A stretch of DNA of 64,000 nt from Candidatus Parcubacteria bacterium. Lineage in GTDB: Bacteria > Patescibacteriota > Minisyncoccia > Phycocordibacterales > JAKAEA01. Positions 1 through 11,085 of this stretch are shown piece by piece. Under the pieces are notes generated by a model. That model saw only the letters and a program-made list of their open reading frames with translations. It was not told the DNA's origin and did not search any database. The translations under genes were made by a program, and so were the position numbers. The stretch's first letter is position 1. Every line of letters starts with the position of its first letter. The stretch spans positions 4,043-68,042 of the forward strand of contig CAWDXL010000016.1 of NCBI GenBank assembly GCA_963806325.1, written 5' to 3'.

Positions 1-363
1 AACGCGTTTGCCGGCATGCTTGCCTGGGAACCCACACTCAGTGCCGACATGTCGAGACTTGCACTTAAAAGCGAGAATGCCGGCACAGTGTCTATGGCTG
101 CTCCAACAAGCCAGCCCACAAGCGCCTCAAGCACTCAAAATATCTCATCATCCACCCCTAAAAATATATTGCTCAATACCCCTCTAACGTTTCAAGATGG
201 TATTGTAGATAATATAAATGTACGAATTTTAAAAAGGACTGATGGTACACCTAGTGTTGTGTATGCGCTGCCTGATTCATCAACAATCATCATTACCACC
301 AATGAGACTACGATGAAAGCAATTCTCATTCGCCTTTCAGCACGGCCTTTCACCCAGCAATAA
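1..363 (+). CDS. C-terminal end of a hypothetical protein whose start lies upstream of the window
   Basis: Frame 1 is open from base 1 to the TAA at 361-363; the ORF track lists only the part after the first Met (16..363). A Ser/Thr/Pro-rich stretch is followed by a compact C-terminal region. No motif recognised. Confidence 0.4.
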   Translation, partial: NAFAGMLAWEPTLSADMSRLALKSENAGTVSMAAPTSQPTSASSTQNISSSTPKNILLNTPLTFQDGIVDNINVRILKRTDGTPSVVYALPDSSTIIITTNETTMKAILIRLSARPFTQQ

Positions 364-453
364 AAACAAAGAAGGAAGATGGAATATTCGGTAGGTATAT
401 GTATGTAAGTAGCGCCTTGCCGATACAGCTTATAATTTGGTAAACTTCATAAT

Positions 454-816
454 ATGAAAGATTTAAATTACTACAAGGAAAAACTTGAGATGGAGCGCGC
501 AAAAATTGTCGCTGAACTCGAAGACATTGGTTCAGTGCCAGACAACCGCTCAAAAGATGAATGGCAGGCTACACCAGGAGATATTGATACAACACGCGCT
601 GATTGCAATGAAGTCGCAGATAAGATCGAAACATTTGAGGAAAATAATGACCTTGTTGGAAAATTTGAAACAGATCTTGCTGAAATAGATCAAGCCCTTG
701 AACATATTAAAAACAAAACGTACGGTATCTGTACTGTGTGCGGAAAACAAATTGAGGATGACCGCCTCGAGGCAAACCCGGAAGCAACAACATGTGAAGC
801 GCACATGAATTCATAA
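454..816 (+). CDS. DksA/TraR-family zinc-finger protein
   Basis: 120 aa with an acidic coiled-coil N-terminus, then CTVCGKQIEDDRLEANPEATTCEAH (Cys-x2-Cys ... Cys-x2-His). This is the DksA/TraR C4-type finger layout. Confidence 0.7.
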   Translation: MKDLNYYKEKLEMERAKIVAELEDIGSVPDNRSKDEWQATPGDIDTTRADCNEVADKIETFEENNDLVGKFETDLAEIDQALEHIKNKTYGICTVCGKQIEDDRLEANPEATTCEAHMNS

Positions 817-869
817 TTAGTTTATTTTTTCTTGAGCTTCATTTCATAAAGAATCAGTAGAATGGAGGG

Positions 870-2472
870 ATGAGTTTTGCAAAAGTTTCAAGCGCACAAG
901 CAAATCTCGTGCGCGCAACTATTATTTCTGTCGAAGTGGACCTTTCAAAAGGCTTGCATGCGTTTGCGATAGTTGGCTTGCCCGATAAAGGGGTAGAGGA
1001 ATCAAAAGATAGAATTTGTGCGGCAATAAAAAATTCCGGCTTCACTTCGCCAAAAAGTAAGAATCAAAAAGTTGTTATATCACTTGCACCTGCTGATATC
1101 AAAAAAGAAGGACCGAGTTTTGATGTGCCCATGGCTCTTGCGTATCTTTTGGCATCTGATGAAATCAGGTTTGATCCGGATAAAAAATTATTTCTTGGCG
1201 AACTATCCCTTGATGGAGAACTGCGGCCAGTGTCGGGTGTTTTGCCGCTCGCGCGAGAAGCTAGTCTTGCCGGTTTCACTGAAATTTACGTACCAGAAGC
1301 CAACGCCCGAGAAGCTGCACTCATTTCGACAATCACGGTATATGGAGTAAAAACTCTTCGAGATCTTATCCGTCATATAAATGAAAAGAAGTCCGCTCAG
1401 AATGAAGATCAACAAATGGGGGAAAGTAGTGAGGAAATGGGTGAAAAAGTACTGAGGATAAAAAGACTCGCTGTTCAACCGCCGACAAAAATTATAAAGG
1501 CACCCAGAGTGCCAGATGTAGATTTTTCTGATATCCATGGACAAGAAGGGGCAAAACGAGGGCTCGAGATTGCTGCTGCGGGAGGACACAATATTGCCAT
1601 GTATGGACCTCCCGGCACCGGCAAGACCATGCTTGCGAAAGCCTTCTCACACCTTCTGCCATCATTATCTTTTGAAGATATGCTTGAAGTAACTTCGATT
1701 CATTCGGTAGCAGGGATCGGCGGCGGAGATATTATTTCAGAGGCACCATTTCGAGCGCCGCATCACACGGCTTTATATATTTCAATTGTCGGCGGAGGTT
1801 CGATTTCCAAAACCGGGAGAAATTACGCTTGCTCATCGAGGCGTCCTATTTATGGATGAATTCCCCGAGTTTGATCGCAATGTAATTGATGCACTGCGCC
1901 AGCCGCTTGAGGATCATGTTATAACTATTTCCAGGGCTAGCGGTACAAGCACATTTCCCGCCCAGGTCATTCTTGTGGTCGCGATGAATCCCTGCCCATG
2001 CGGTAATTACGGCGTTGCCGGACGAAGCTGTTCATGTACACCGCTCTCGCTCGGCCGCTATCAGCGAAAAATTTCCGGCCCTATCATTGATCGGATCGAT
2101 CTGTGGACTGAGGTTTCTATCATTAATCACGCCATGCTCGCCGAGCGTACTCAAAAAACAGAAACGACCGAAATAATAAAAAACCGCGTCAAAAAAGCTC
2201 GCGATATTCAGGCTATGCGCTATAAAAACCATCCGCGCAACATTTCTATGAATGGAGAAATGAATGCCCGAGATATTCCGATATATGCAAATATTGAGCC
2301 CGAAGCGAAAAAGATCCTGTCATCATCAGCTGAACGCATGAATCTATCAGCTCGTGCGCATCATCGGCTCATTAAGCTTGCTCGAACCATCGCCGATCTT
2401 AGCAACAAAGAAAAAACCGATACTGAAGCAGTGCTCGAAGCGTTGCAATATCGGCCAAAAAGACTTGCCTAA
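870..2472 (+). CDS. comM: ComM/YifB-family Mg-chelatase-like AAA+ ATPase, reading frame broken once
   Basis: ORFs 870..1859 and 1786..2472 are two halves of one protein: the N-terminal Lon-like domain (VVISLAPADIKKEGPSFDVPMALAYLLA), Walker A GPPGTGKT, then PKPGEITLAHRGVLFMDEFPEF in the other frame. The frames join at the T-run 1804-1806 (VGGGSI / PKPGE). GGAGGG Shine-Dalgarno upstream of the ATG at 870. Confidence 0.85.
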
Positions 2473-2495
2473 AAAATTTAACTAAATTGACTAAG

Positions 2496-3593
2496 TTAAA
2501 AAGGATTGACTGGACCGTTGCGTATCTCAAAATGCACATGGCAGCCAGTCGCTTCGCCTGTTTCGCCCATAAGTCCAATTTGCTGGCCTTGAGCAACCGT
2601 ATCCCCTTCAGATACTGTGGGGTGCTCCATGTGAGCATAGAGTGTCTGCGAGCCGTTATTGTGGCTGATAACAACATAATTGCCGTAACCGCCGTTCCAG
2701 TCATTATCATCTTTACTGACAGTTACTGTACCTGCGGCAGAAGCATAAATAGAGGTGCCACACGAATCAGCTAGGTCGACGGCATTTTTACCGTGAATAC
2801 CCTGGGTTCTTTCGCCTCCTTTTATAGGCCTCATATAATATCCGTCAGCAAGCCCTGATACAACTATTTTAGAGGGAGCAGTTGAATCTTCAATAGAATT
2901 AGAACTTGAGGAAGATGAACCTGAAAATTCACCGTTTGGAACAACAATCACATCGCCAATGCTGAGTGTAGAATCCGGCATATTGTTGTATGCCATAATT
3001 TCCTGAACATCGCCCTTATATGTTGAAGCGATGCTCTGAAGAGTGTCGCCTTTTACCACCGTATGAGAAACTCCTGTAATAGGAAGGATTGTGAGTTTCT
3101 TGCCGGCCTTAAGAATACTTGTTTTGCGCAAATTATTTGCCCACAAGACAGTATTCACCGAAATTCCAAACTTTTGAGCTATACCGCTCACCGTATCGCC
3201 AGACACTACCGTATATGTTGAGATCTCATTATTTTGTGATAATGCACTTGTTTCATCTGAAGTTGTATCTGTAGAAGAAATGACTGTAGCAGCCTGAACA
3301 GTAGGTGCAACAGAAGGGGATGGAGATGTTTTTGGCAAAAGACCAGTAATTGCATTTATTGCATCAGCGGTATCCGTTGTTTGAGTAGATGTGGCAGTGG
3401 AAGACCCAAGAGGGTTGGCTGGTGCCTGAAGAAGCGGCATTTCTTGGGAATTTGGAGCAGAATCATCTGAAAAGGCGAGTACTGGAGTAACGCTAGAACC
3501 AAGCATTGAAGCCACATTTGAGAGAATGCTCGCTTCGGTAATATGAACACCATTAAGTATCGGCAATGGCACAACGAGCTGCACTGCAAGCAT
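2496..3593 (-). CDS. Secreted LysM-domain M23 (LytM-type) peptidoglycan endopeptidase
   Basis: Two LysM repeats (YTVVSGDTVSGIAQKFGISVNTVLWANNL; HTVVKGDTLQSIASTYKGDVQEIMAYNNM). C-terminal M23 signature GIHGKNAVDL ... YGNYVVISH ... TGEATGCHVHFEI. The N-terminal TM helix continues in frame upstream of the listed Met, so the start is uncertain. Confidence 0.85.
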   Translation of the reverse strand: MLAVQLVVPLPILNGVHITEASILSNVASMLGSSVTPVLAFSDDSAPNSQEMPLLQAPANPLGSSTATSTQTTDTADAINAITGLLPKTSPSPSVAPTVQAATVISSTDTTSDETSALSQNNEISTYTVVSGDTVSGIAQKFGISVNTVLWANNLRKTSILKAGKKLTILPITGVSHTVVKGDTLQSIASTYKGDVQEIMAYNNMPDSTLSIGDVIVVPNGEFSGSSSSSSNSIEDSTAPSKIVVSGLADGYYMRPIKGGERTQGIHGKNAVDLADSCGTSIYASAAGTVTVSKDDNDWNGGYGNYVVISHNNGSQTLYAHMEHPTVSEGDTVAQGQQIGLMGETGEATGCHVHFEIRNGPVNPF

Positions 3594-3847
3594 ACCGACG
3601 ATAACAAACTTTGTTGCCGTGCTACCGACTCGATGATGAATACTATGCTGAGGTTCCTGAGAAAAGGGTAAAATAAGCCTAGGATTAAAGGATAATCAGT
3701 TGTTCGGTAAAATATGGCCTTAATTAGCCATATATCTGGAGTTTCAGAAAGAGAATTGAGCACTAAAAACCGTGCCAGCCGTAACTATAGACTATCCGTT
3801 GAGGCACTGCAACCACTTATCCACACCCTTCCCAGGCATGCTATAGT

Positions 3848-5804
3848 GTGTCGATGAAATATCTTGAAGGCTTGAACGCCGCCCAACGAGAAGCAGTGCT
3901 GACACGCGAAGGACCGCTGCTTATTTTAGCGGGCGCCGGATCAGGAAAAACTAAAACAGTCACCTACAGAATTCTCCATCTCATCAAGGAAGGAGTGTCA
4001 CCGAAAAACATTCTTGCTATTACATTCACCAACAAAGCAGCAAAAGAGATGAGGGAACGAATCGAGAAGCTTATCGCTGAAAATGCCATTCTCAATCTAC
4101 CCACCTCATTTTCTGAGAAGCCGTTCATGAGTACGTTTCACTCTCTCGGCGTCCACATCATCAAAGAAAACGCCAAGCTTCTCAATCTGCCGCGGCATTT
4201 TGGTATTTTTGATAAATCAGATTCCAAAAGAGCCATAAAAGAAGCCTTGGAACAAGCAGGGCTCGATCCGAAACAATTTGATCCCGGGAAAATAATGAAT
4301 GCCATCTCGCGCGCCAAGGGAAATCTTGAAACGGTTGAGTCGTACAGCGCGAAAGCCGGCAATCAATATCTTCCGAGAATTGTAGCGGACATCTGGAAAA
4401 AATATGAAGATCTTCTTCAAAAAGAAAAGGCTCTTGATTTTGACGACCTTCTGTCAAAAACAGTATTCATTCTTCGCAATCATAAAGAGGTGCTCGAGCA
4501 TTATCAAAACATTTGGACATATATTCATATTGATGAGTATCAGGATACCAATATGGTCCAGTACACAATTGCAAAACTTTTGGCACAAAAAAACAGAAAT
4601 ATCTGCGTCGTGGGCGACATTGATCAAATGATTTATTCATGGCGTGGTGCAAATATTGAAAATATCCTGAATTTTGAGGAAGATTATCCGGATGCAAAGG
4701 TCACAATTCTGGAGGAAAACTACCGATCAACACAAACAATTCTTACCGCCGCAAATAGGGTGATTCAAAAAAATAAGAACCGACGTGAAAAGAATCTTTT
4801 CACAAAAAATGATCCTGGCGAGCCGATTGGCATTTTTGGCGGCTATGATGAGGCAGAAGAAGCTGATTTTATTGCCGAACGCTCGAAAGAACTCATCCGA
4901 TCAGGCGTTCCAGCCAAAGAAATAGCCGTTTTATACCGCGCTAATTTTCAATCTCGGGTCCTTGAGGAGGCATTTTTGGCGCATGACGTCCAGTATCAGG
5001 TGCTTGGTACTAAATTTTTTGAGCGAAAAGAGGTTAAAGACATATTATCCTACCTTCGAGCCGCTCTTAATCCAGAAAGTCTGACCGATATAAAGAGAGT
5101 GATAAACGTGCCGGCGCGCGGCATCGGCAAGGTAACGCTTCTTAAGGTGCTTTCAAATCAGACGGACACGCTGCCTGCTGCAACAAGAGCAAAAATAAAC
5201 GAATTTTAATGCATTGCTTACCGAGATAGCCAAAAAAGCAATGGAAGAAAAACCAAGCGAAACCTTAAAATTTATCGTTAAAGCATCCGGCATTGAAGAT
5301 TTTTTCAAAACAAGCGGCACAGAGGATGATCTTGAACGGCTTGAGAATACAAAAGAGCTTGTCACCCTTGCCACAAAATACGACGGACTTACGGCAGAAG
5401 AGGGAATCGAAAGTTTGCTTGCCGATGCCGCACTCGCATCAGACCAAGATAGCATGATTAAAGAACAGGAAGCAGTAAAGCTCCTGACGGTGCACGCGTC
5501 TAAAGGTCTTGAATTTGATTATGTATTTATTACTGGTCTTGAGGAGAATCTTTTTCCTCACACACGCATGAATGAAGACAAGAACGATAAAGATACCGAG
5601 GAGGAGCGGCGGCTTTTTTATGTCGCACTGACGCGAGCTCGAAAAAAATTATTCCTGACATATGCCGGCACGCGAACAATTTTCGGATCAAAACAGATGA
5701 ATATTCCTTCTGAATTTATTGTTGAGATGGATGATGATATTATCAAGGCCGAAACACGCACCGGATCGAGAAGGACGGGAATTAAGACGGTTTATTTTGA
5801 TTAA
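3848..5804 (+). CDS. pcrA: UvrD/PcrA-type superfamily 1 DNA helicase, reading frame broken once
   Basis: ORFs 3848..5209 and 5214..5804 are contiguous helicase parts: Walker A AGAGSGKT, DEYQDT, YRS..TIL, and the C-terminal VHASKGLEFDYVFI and RRLFYVALTRARKKL. The frames join at the T-run 5204-5207 (..KINEF / NALLTEIAKK..). Confidence 0.9.
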
Positions 5805-5844
5805 CCTCCCTTAACTCTTCCTTGGCAAGGAGGGGAACAAAAAT

Positions 5845-6657
5845 ATGGCATTCTTCGCAAAAAAATCTCTCGGTCAAAATTTTCTCAAATCTCAGGCTGC
5901 CCTCAACAGTATTGTAACGGCCGGGAAAATTGTAAACACTGATATCGTGCTTGAAGTCGGACCGGGGAAGGGAGCGCTGACTGAAAAAATTCTCCCTTAC
6001 GCGCAAAAAATAATTGCCATCGAAAAAGACGACAGGCTCATTGAATTGCTCAATGAAAAATTTTCACACGATATCTCCTCAAAAAAACTGGAAATCATTC
6101 ATCAGGATATTCTTGAGTTTGATCCAGAAGAAATGAAAAAATACGGCTCAGAGTATAAGCTCATCGCCAATATTCCGTACTACATCACCGGTGCATTACT
6201 GCGAAAATTTTTAACGACATATCACCAGCCCACATGCATGGTTCTTTTACTTCAAAAAGAAGTCGCCAAAAGAATAGTGGCTCGGGATGAAAAAGAGAGC
6301 CTTCTTTCTATCAGCGTCAAGGCATATGGAACACCAAAATATATAGAGACCGTTAAGGCAAAATATTTTTCACCGGAGCCAAAAGTAGACTCGGCCATAT
6401 TACTCATAGAAAATATCTCCACAAAATTTTTTACAGAGAATAATATTAATGAAGAATTATTTTTTAAAATTCTGCATGCTGGCTTTGTTCACAAAAGAAA
6501 AGTGCTTGTCAGCAATCTAAAGGGGATGCTGCCTGAGGATAATCAAGGGAAAGACCTTAGAGAAATTTTTAGTGAATTAGGAATTCCGGAAAAGGCCCGG
6601 GCAGAAGATATTACCCTTAAGCAATGGAAAATGCTTGCAGAAAAAATTAGGGCGTAA
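5845..6657 (+). CDS. rsmA: 16S rRNA (adenine1518/1519-N6)-dimethyltransferase
   Basis: KKSLGQNFL near the N-terminus and the SAM-binding VLEVGPGKGALT. At 270 aa it is the typical RsmA/KsgA length. Confidence 0.9.
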   Translation: MAFFAKKSLGQNFLKSQAALNSIVTAGKIVNTDIVLEVGPGKGALTEKILPYAQKIIAIEKDDRLIELLNEKFSHDISSKKLEIIHQDILEFDPEEMKKYGSEYKLIANIPYYITGALLRKFLTTYHQPTCMVLLLQKEVAKRIVARDEKESLLSISVKAYGTPKYIETVKAKYFSPEPKVDSAILLIENISTKFFTENNINEELFFKILHAGFVHKRKVLVSNLKGMLPEDNQGKDLREIFSELGIPEKARAEDITLKQWKMLAEKIRA

Positions 6658-6675
6658 AAATTTTATCCCATCTAA

Positions 6676-7083
6676 CTAAGGAGCCCCTGTCGGAGAAACA
6701 CCAGTAAAGGGTTCGATGAGACCGAGATTTGGAACGGGAACGCAGTAGGGTTCAACACCAACAAGACAACCCGTACCGCCTCCAGGTAATTCAATTCCTA
6801 GTGCCCATGATTCAGGGTGCAGATAATAAACCGAAAAAGCTACTGGAGCCGACGGGGCAGCCAAAACCCCCTCAACAGGGAGTTCGTTGAAAAACAAAGG
6901 GACAAAAAGGTGAAAGAACAGGGCACCAGCAGTGCATGTACATGGAAATTCCCAAAGATCATAACCTCCGAATGGTATGCCAGTAGCCGCGGAAACGGTC
7001 TGCGGTATAGGGAATAGTGTGGTAAAAATTAAGAACGAGGTAATGGTAATGATTGCAAGAAAACGTTTCATATTAATAATCAA
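6676..7083 (-). CDS. Small secreted hypothetical protein
   Basis: Signal-peptide-like MKRFLAIITITSFLIFTTLFPIPQTVSA followed by a Gly/Pro/Cys-containing domain. Overlaps the stop of the upstream gene by 11 nt. No motif recognised. Confidence 0.45.
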   Translation of the reverse strand: MIINMKRFLAIITITSFLIFTTLFPIPQTVSAATGIPFGGYDLWEFPCTCTAGALFFHLFVPLFFNELPVEGVLAAPSAPVAFSVYYLHPESWALGIELPGGGTGCLVGVEPYCVPVPNLGLIEPFTGVSPTGAP

Positions 7084-8230
7084 ATGTTAGAATATTTTGA
7101 GCTGAAGCATAGCCATTATCATTTACCACCATGAGCGGAACAGGGTAACTCTTATTCTGATCACCAAGTGTTGATATGACCGCAAATGCCTCAGGTTTGA
7201 ATGTAAATGTCAGACTTGTTCCGTCAGACGAAGACACACCGTCTATTGTAGCAAATTGGGTAATAATTTGATTGTTTGTTTGTGTAAAACCAGTGCCATA
7301 AATTGTAACGGTACCGCCATACGTGACAGTAGAGGGTGTTGCTCCTGAAACAGTAACTTGAGGCGACGTAGTGGAAGTTACGATAAAAATCTGACTATTG
7401 CTGATACCTGAAATATTTTTAACCACGATATCATAGCGACCGGGAGGAATTGCTGGTACAGCAAATGTGAGTGTTCCTACTCCGGATACATGCCGCACAA
7501 CATATGAGCTGCCAAAATAAACTGTATTATCGGAATCAAAACCAGATCCAGTTAAAGAAAGAGTGACGCCGGGCATACCAGTATGACTTGATAGAGAATA
7601 GATGAGAACAAGACTTGGCGCAGAATTGAAAAGATTTGTAGGTATAACTGGCTTTTCGCCCTTTGCCAGAGCCGTATTCACAAGATTTGTAAAACTCTCC
7701 TGAAGCGCAGCTGTTTTTTTATCAGTAGTATAAATATCAATTTTTTCAGAAGGCAACACCGCAAAAGACTGCGCTGAGACGACTGGATTTAAATTTTGAC
7801 CTGCCCGACTATCATTCTGAGCATCCGCCGACAAATCTGCGTTGTCTGCAGAGAGGGTATTTAGTTTTTGTATAGTGCGTTGTCCAACGAATCCGGTTCC
7901 GGACGAGAGTCCTGCAGGAACTAAAATATCAGCACTATATTTATTTTGAAACCGAATAACCGCTTGCTGGGTTAAAACCCCAAAATAGGATGTTTCCTGG
8001 CCAGGCGAGCCTGCTCCGCTTGTCGCAACCATTGTATCTGGATCAGAATTTAAAATTTTTTGGAGAGATATCACGCTCGGATCAGTATCACCAAGTTTTA
8101 AGGATATAGAAAATGGGGAAGAGAAGGATGGAGAAAGAATTGAACTAGATGTATCAGCAGCCACAACCGCAGAAACAAAGAAAATCAATATGGACGCTGA
8201 AAAAACAGTAATTTTCTTTAACACACTCAT
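7073..8230 (-). CDS. Secreted PG_binding_1-domain protein with C-terminal Ig-like (IPT/TIG-like) repeats
   Basis: N-terminal signal/TM segment. Peptidoglycan-binding-domain pattern LQKILNSDPD ... YFGVLTQQAVIRFQNKY. Two beta-rich repeats carry the TLSLTGSGF and VTIYGTGF patterns. Confidence 0.6.
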   Translation of the reverse strand: MSVLKKITVFSASILIFFVSAVVAADTSSSILSPSFSSPFSISLKLGDTDPSVISLQKILNSDPDTMVATSGAGSPGQETSYFGVLTQQAVIRFQNKYSADILVPAGLSSGTGFVGQRTIQKLNTLSADNADLSADAQNDSRAGQNLNPVVSAQSFAVLPSEKIDIYTTDKKTAALQESFTNLVNTALAKGEKPVIPTNLFNSAPSLVLIYSLSSHTGMPGVTLSLTGSGFDSDNTVYFGSSYVVRHVSGVGTLTFAVPAIPPGRYDIVVKNISGISNSQIFIVTSTTSPQVTVSGATPSTVTYGGTVTIYGTGFTQTNNQIITQFATIDGVSSSDGTSLTFTFKPEAFAVISTLGDQNKSYPVPLMVVNDNGYASAQNILTFDY

Positions 8231-8331
8231 GCCAAAAGTATATCATATTAACTTATCCCCACATGACTCATAGTGCTTCAACATTTAACCCAAGAATATT
8301 GATATAATGGTTTAAATATTAGGCCAATCGC

Positions 8332-9219
8332 GTGCAACTTCCATCAAAAAAAATACTACCGGTTTTCCTAGCTTGCGTCATCGCCGGCGGAGGCGTTGCT
8401 GTCGCGGCTGCATACAAGACGCCAGCTCAGCCAGATCCTCGTTTAATTGTTGAAACACCACAAACTCAGACACCAACATTTCCAAACGATGACAGCTGGA
8501 AAAAAACACTTGCTGTCGTTGCAACAAGCACTGACGCAAGCACAGATGATGCTTCGAGTACCGACTCAGCCGCAAGCACAACTCTCACAGAATCGATCAG
8601 CAAGGAGCTTTTGTCATCATATCTTGAACAAACTCAGAATGGGGGACAGGTAACGGATGATTTTGAAAACAATCTTGTTAATAAATTGGTAGACGACAGC
8701 AGCAATAGTGTGGCAGCGACCAATGCAAAAGTATATACCGCAGATGATATAAAAGTATCGAACAATAATAGTATTGCTGCAATCCGACTCTATGGCAACG
8801 CCCTTGGCGAGGCAATAATAAAAAATACCTCTGCAACAACAACCAATGAACTTCTCATTTATGATAATGCTGCCAATAATAACGATCCGGGATCTGTTAG
8901 CGCGATAATACCGATTATAGAGTCATATCAAAAAACACTTACGGCATTTCTTTCTATAACGGTTCCATCAAATGCTGTTAATTTGCACATCAATCTCATC
9001 AACAGCTATAGCCAGATTATTGCGGCTGATGAAATGCTTATAAAATATCCGACTGATCCTGTATTGAGTATGTATGGACTTAAGCAATATGATGATGCGT
9101 CAAAAATGCTTTACAGTAGTATTCAGGCATACCCAGTTTTTTTCACGACACAAGGTGCGCTTTTTTCTCCAAATGAAGCTGGTTATATGTTGAGTAGTTT
9201 AAACAGCGGGAGCAATTAG
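8332..9219 (+). CDS. Membrane-anchored hypothetical protein, first gene of the T4SS-like operon
   Basis: GTG start, one N-terminal TM helix (ILPVFLACVIAGGGVAVAAAY), a Thr/Ser/Asp-rich linker and a globular C-terminus. No motif recognised. Confidence 0.5.
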   Translation: MQLPSKKILPVFLACVIAGGGVAVAAAYKTPAQPDPRLIVETPQTQTPTFPNDDSWKKTLAVVATSTDASTDDASSTDSAASTTLTESISKELLSSYLEQTQNGGQVTDDFENNLVNKLVDDSSNSVAATNAKVYTADDIKVSNNNSIAAIRLYGNALGEAIIKNTSATTTNELLIYDNAANNNDPGSVSAIIPIIESYQKTLTAFLSITVPSNAVNLHINLINSYSQIIAADEMLIKYPTDPVLSMYGLKQYDDASKMLYSSIQAYPVFFTTQGALFSPNEAGYMLSSLNSGSN

Positions 9220-9225
9220 AAATTT

Positions 9226-11079
9226 ATGAAAATAAGTTTACTCTATAAAAAAATAATAGCCGCCACACTTATTTTAGCTTTTATTGTGCCTGCCACTTTA
9301 GGCTACAAACCAGCAGATGTTGCTCATGCTGATATAAGTACATGTGCCGTTAAAATATTAGCGGCCATTGGAATAGTGACAACAGCTCAAGGGATTGCTG
9401 CACCAATAACAGTTCCTGTTAGTATCCCCGGCTATACAGCGGCAGCACCTATTGTAGCAGCCGATTCCACAAGTCAAACTATTGTGGAGTGTATTGAACA
9501 CGAGGTAGCTCTTGCTGCCGGCAAATATCTTCTTTCGATGATGACAAGCGAACTCGTCAATTGGATTAACTCCGGCTTCAGAGGGGCGCCATTATTTGCT
9601 ACCGACCCTGTAGGATTCTTCGAGGATGTTGCCGAAGGTGTCGCTAATACACTTCTCAATCAGCTGGGTTTATGTAAGGATTTTGGGCTCAACATTCAAA
9701 TGATGCTATCGCTTAATATGCCAAATACCGGAGACAATTTTAAACCGGCAAAATGTAAAATGAGCTTCAGCTTAAATTTAAGCTTTGGTATCAATTTCGC
9801 CAAGAGTCCTGCGTCCTGGAACAATTTACTTACGGCCACGCAAGTTATACCTAACAATCCTATGGGAGCATACCTTCAGGGGCAGGACGATATACAAACA
9901 CAGGTAAGCAAAACTAAAGCCATAGAGACTCTTAAGCTCAATTGGGGCTCAGGCTTCTTTTCCCAGGGAAAGAATTGTACCGGCAGTGTCTGCACCGTTA
10001 ATACGCCGGGGCACACAATTGCTGCCCAGCTCGATGCTTCACTTGGAGTTCCTTTTACTCAAATGGGCGCGGCTGATGATCTTGATAAGATTTTCAATGC
10101 GCTCGAAGGACAATTGTTTAAAACTATATTTGCAAGTGCTGTTGGCCTTCTCGGCTCAAATAGCGCCACATACCACGCCGGTGTCAGTACAAGCTCAAAT
10201 GGTCCGCTGGCCGATTTGGTTGCAGATGCTAAAAAAGGATCTGATACTGCAGCAGCCGGAGCTACGACACAATCAAATCAGCTTTCAACCGCAGCTGCTG
10301 GTGCATCTTCGTCAACAGGTGGTCCTCAATCATCGGCTCAGAATATTGCAATCGGAAATGGAGCATTACCTACTGCTTCCCACGCTACAAGCGGTCATCC
10401 AGCAACAGCGCTTACAGACGGGGATGAAAATCATGAATCTGACACTGGATATACCGGCTCCATATCAGCCCCTGGAGCAGGCTGCAACGCAACCACAGGC
10501 ACCGCAAATTGTGCTTCAGTAGAAGTAACCTTGGGAACACCGACTGTTCTTGGAGAGATACGGATATACCAACGTTCGAGCGTACCGAGTGTTTCAGACA
10601 ACGGAGTGCAATTCCATGTCGTTGTGCTTGATAAAAACGGCGCGGTCGTATGGACAGGCCCAGAGGTCACTCAAGATTTTTCAACGAATCCATTCCGATA
10701 TCAGGTAGGGGATAGTTCATTGCCTCCAAAAATATCCGGCGCGGTTGTGAAGGTCCAAGCCGACACTCCTGGTCTTTTGGAAATATCGCAAATTGAAGTA
10801 TATCCGGCAGTACCACCCACAATTACACTTAACGGAGGAGCAGCCATAAACCTCCAAATCAACCAGCCATATAATGAATCAAACTATGGTTTCACTGCTA
10901 CCGACGCATTCGGCAACGACCTTACAAGCAAGGTGATGGAAAAACCAAGCACGATTAACACAAGTACCGCTGGTTCATATACGATTAGTTACAGTGTTAC
11001 TGATATGAATGGTCTGACCGCCACAGCACAGCGCGAAGTGGTTGTTGCCCCGCCCTACACGACACCAGTAGGACAATAA
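9226..11079 (+). CDS. Secreted 617-aa protein with a C-terminal discoidin-like region and an Ig-like domain
   Basis: Signal/TM at the N-terminus. The C-terminal third reads LTDGDENHESD ... VEVTLGTPTVLGEIRIYQRS (galactose-binding-like pattern). It is followed by PPTITLNGGAAINLQINQPYNE ... YTISYSVTDMNGLTATAQREVVV (bacterial Ig-like, DUF5011-type pattern). The function call is weak. Confidence 0.5.
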   Translation: MKISLLYKKIIAATLILAFIVPATLGYKPADVAHADISTCAVKILAAIGIVTTAQGIAAPITVPVSIPGYTAAAPIVAADSTSQTIVECIEHEVALAAGKYLLSMMTSELVNWINSGFRGAPLFATDPVGFFEDVAEGVANTLLNQLGLCKDFGLNIQMMLSLNMPNTGDNFKPAKCKMSFSLNLSFGINFAKSPASWNNLLTATQVIPNNPMGAYLQGQDDIQTQVSKTKAIETLKLNWGSGFFSQGKNCTGSVCTVNTPGHTIAAQLDASLGVPFTQMGAADDLDKIFNALEGQLFKTIFASAVGLLGSNSATYHAGVSTSSNGPLADLVADAKKGSDTAAAGATTQSNQLSTAAAGASSSTGGPQSSAQNIAIGNGALPTASHATSGHPATALTDGDENHESDTGYTGSISAPGAGCNATTGTANCASVEVTLGTPTVLGEIRIYQRSSVPSVSDNGVQFHVVVLDKNGAVVWTGPEVTQDFSTNPFRYQVGDSSLPPKISGAVVKVQADTPGLLEISQIEVYPAVPPTITLNGGAAINLQINQPYNESNYGFTATDAFGNDLTSKVMEKPSTINTSTAGSYTISYSVTDMNGLTATAQREVVVAPPYTTPVGQ

Positions 11080-11085
11080 AGACGT

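Noticed and set aside
3817-3825. Isolated perfect DnaA boxes (TTATCCACA at 3817-3825 upstream of pcrA; TGTGGATAA at 31161-31169 inside ruvC) as extra origin or regulatory sites.
   Set aside because: They are single copies without neighbouring boxes. Their number is not far from chance for a 9-mer on two strands of 64 kb.
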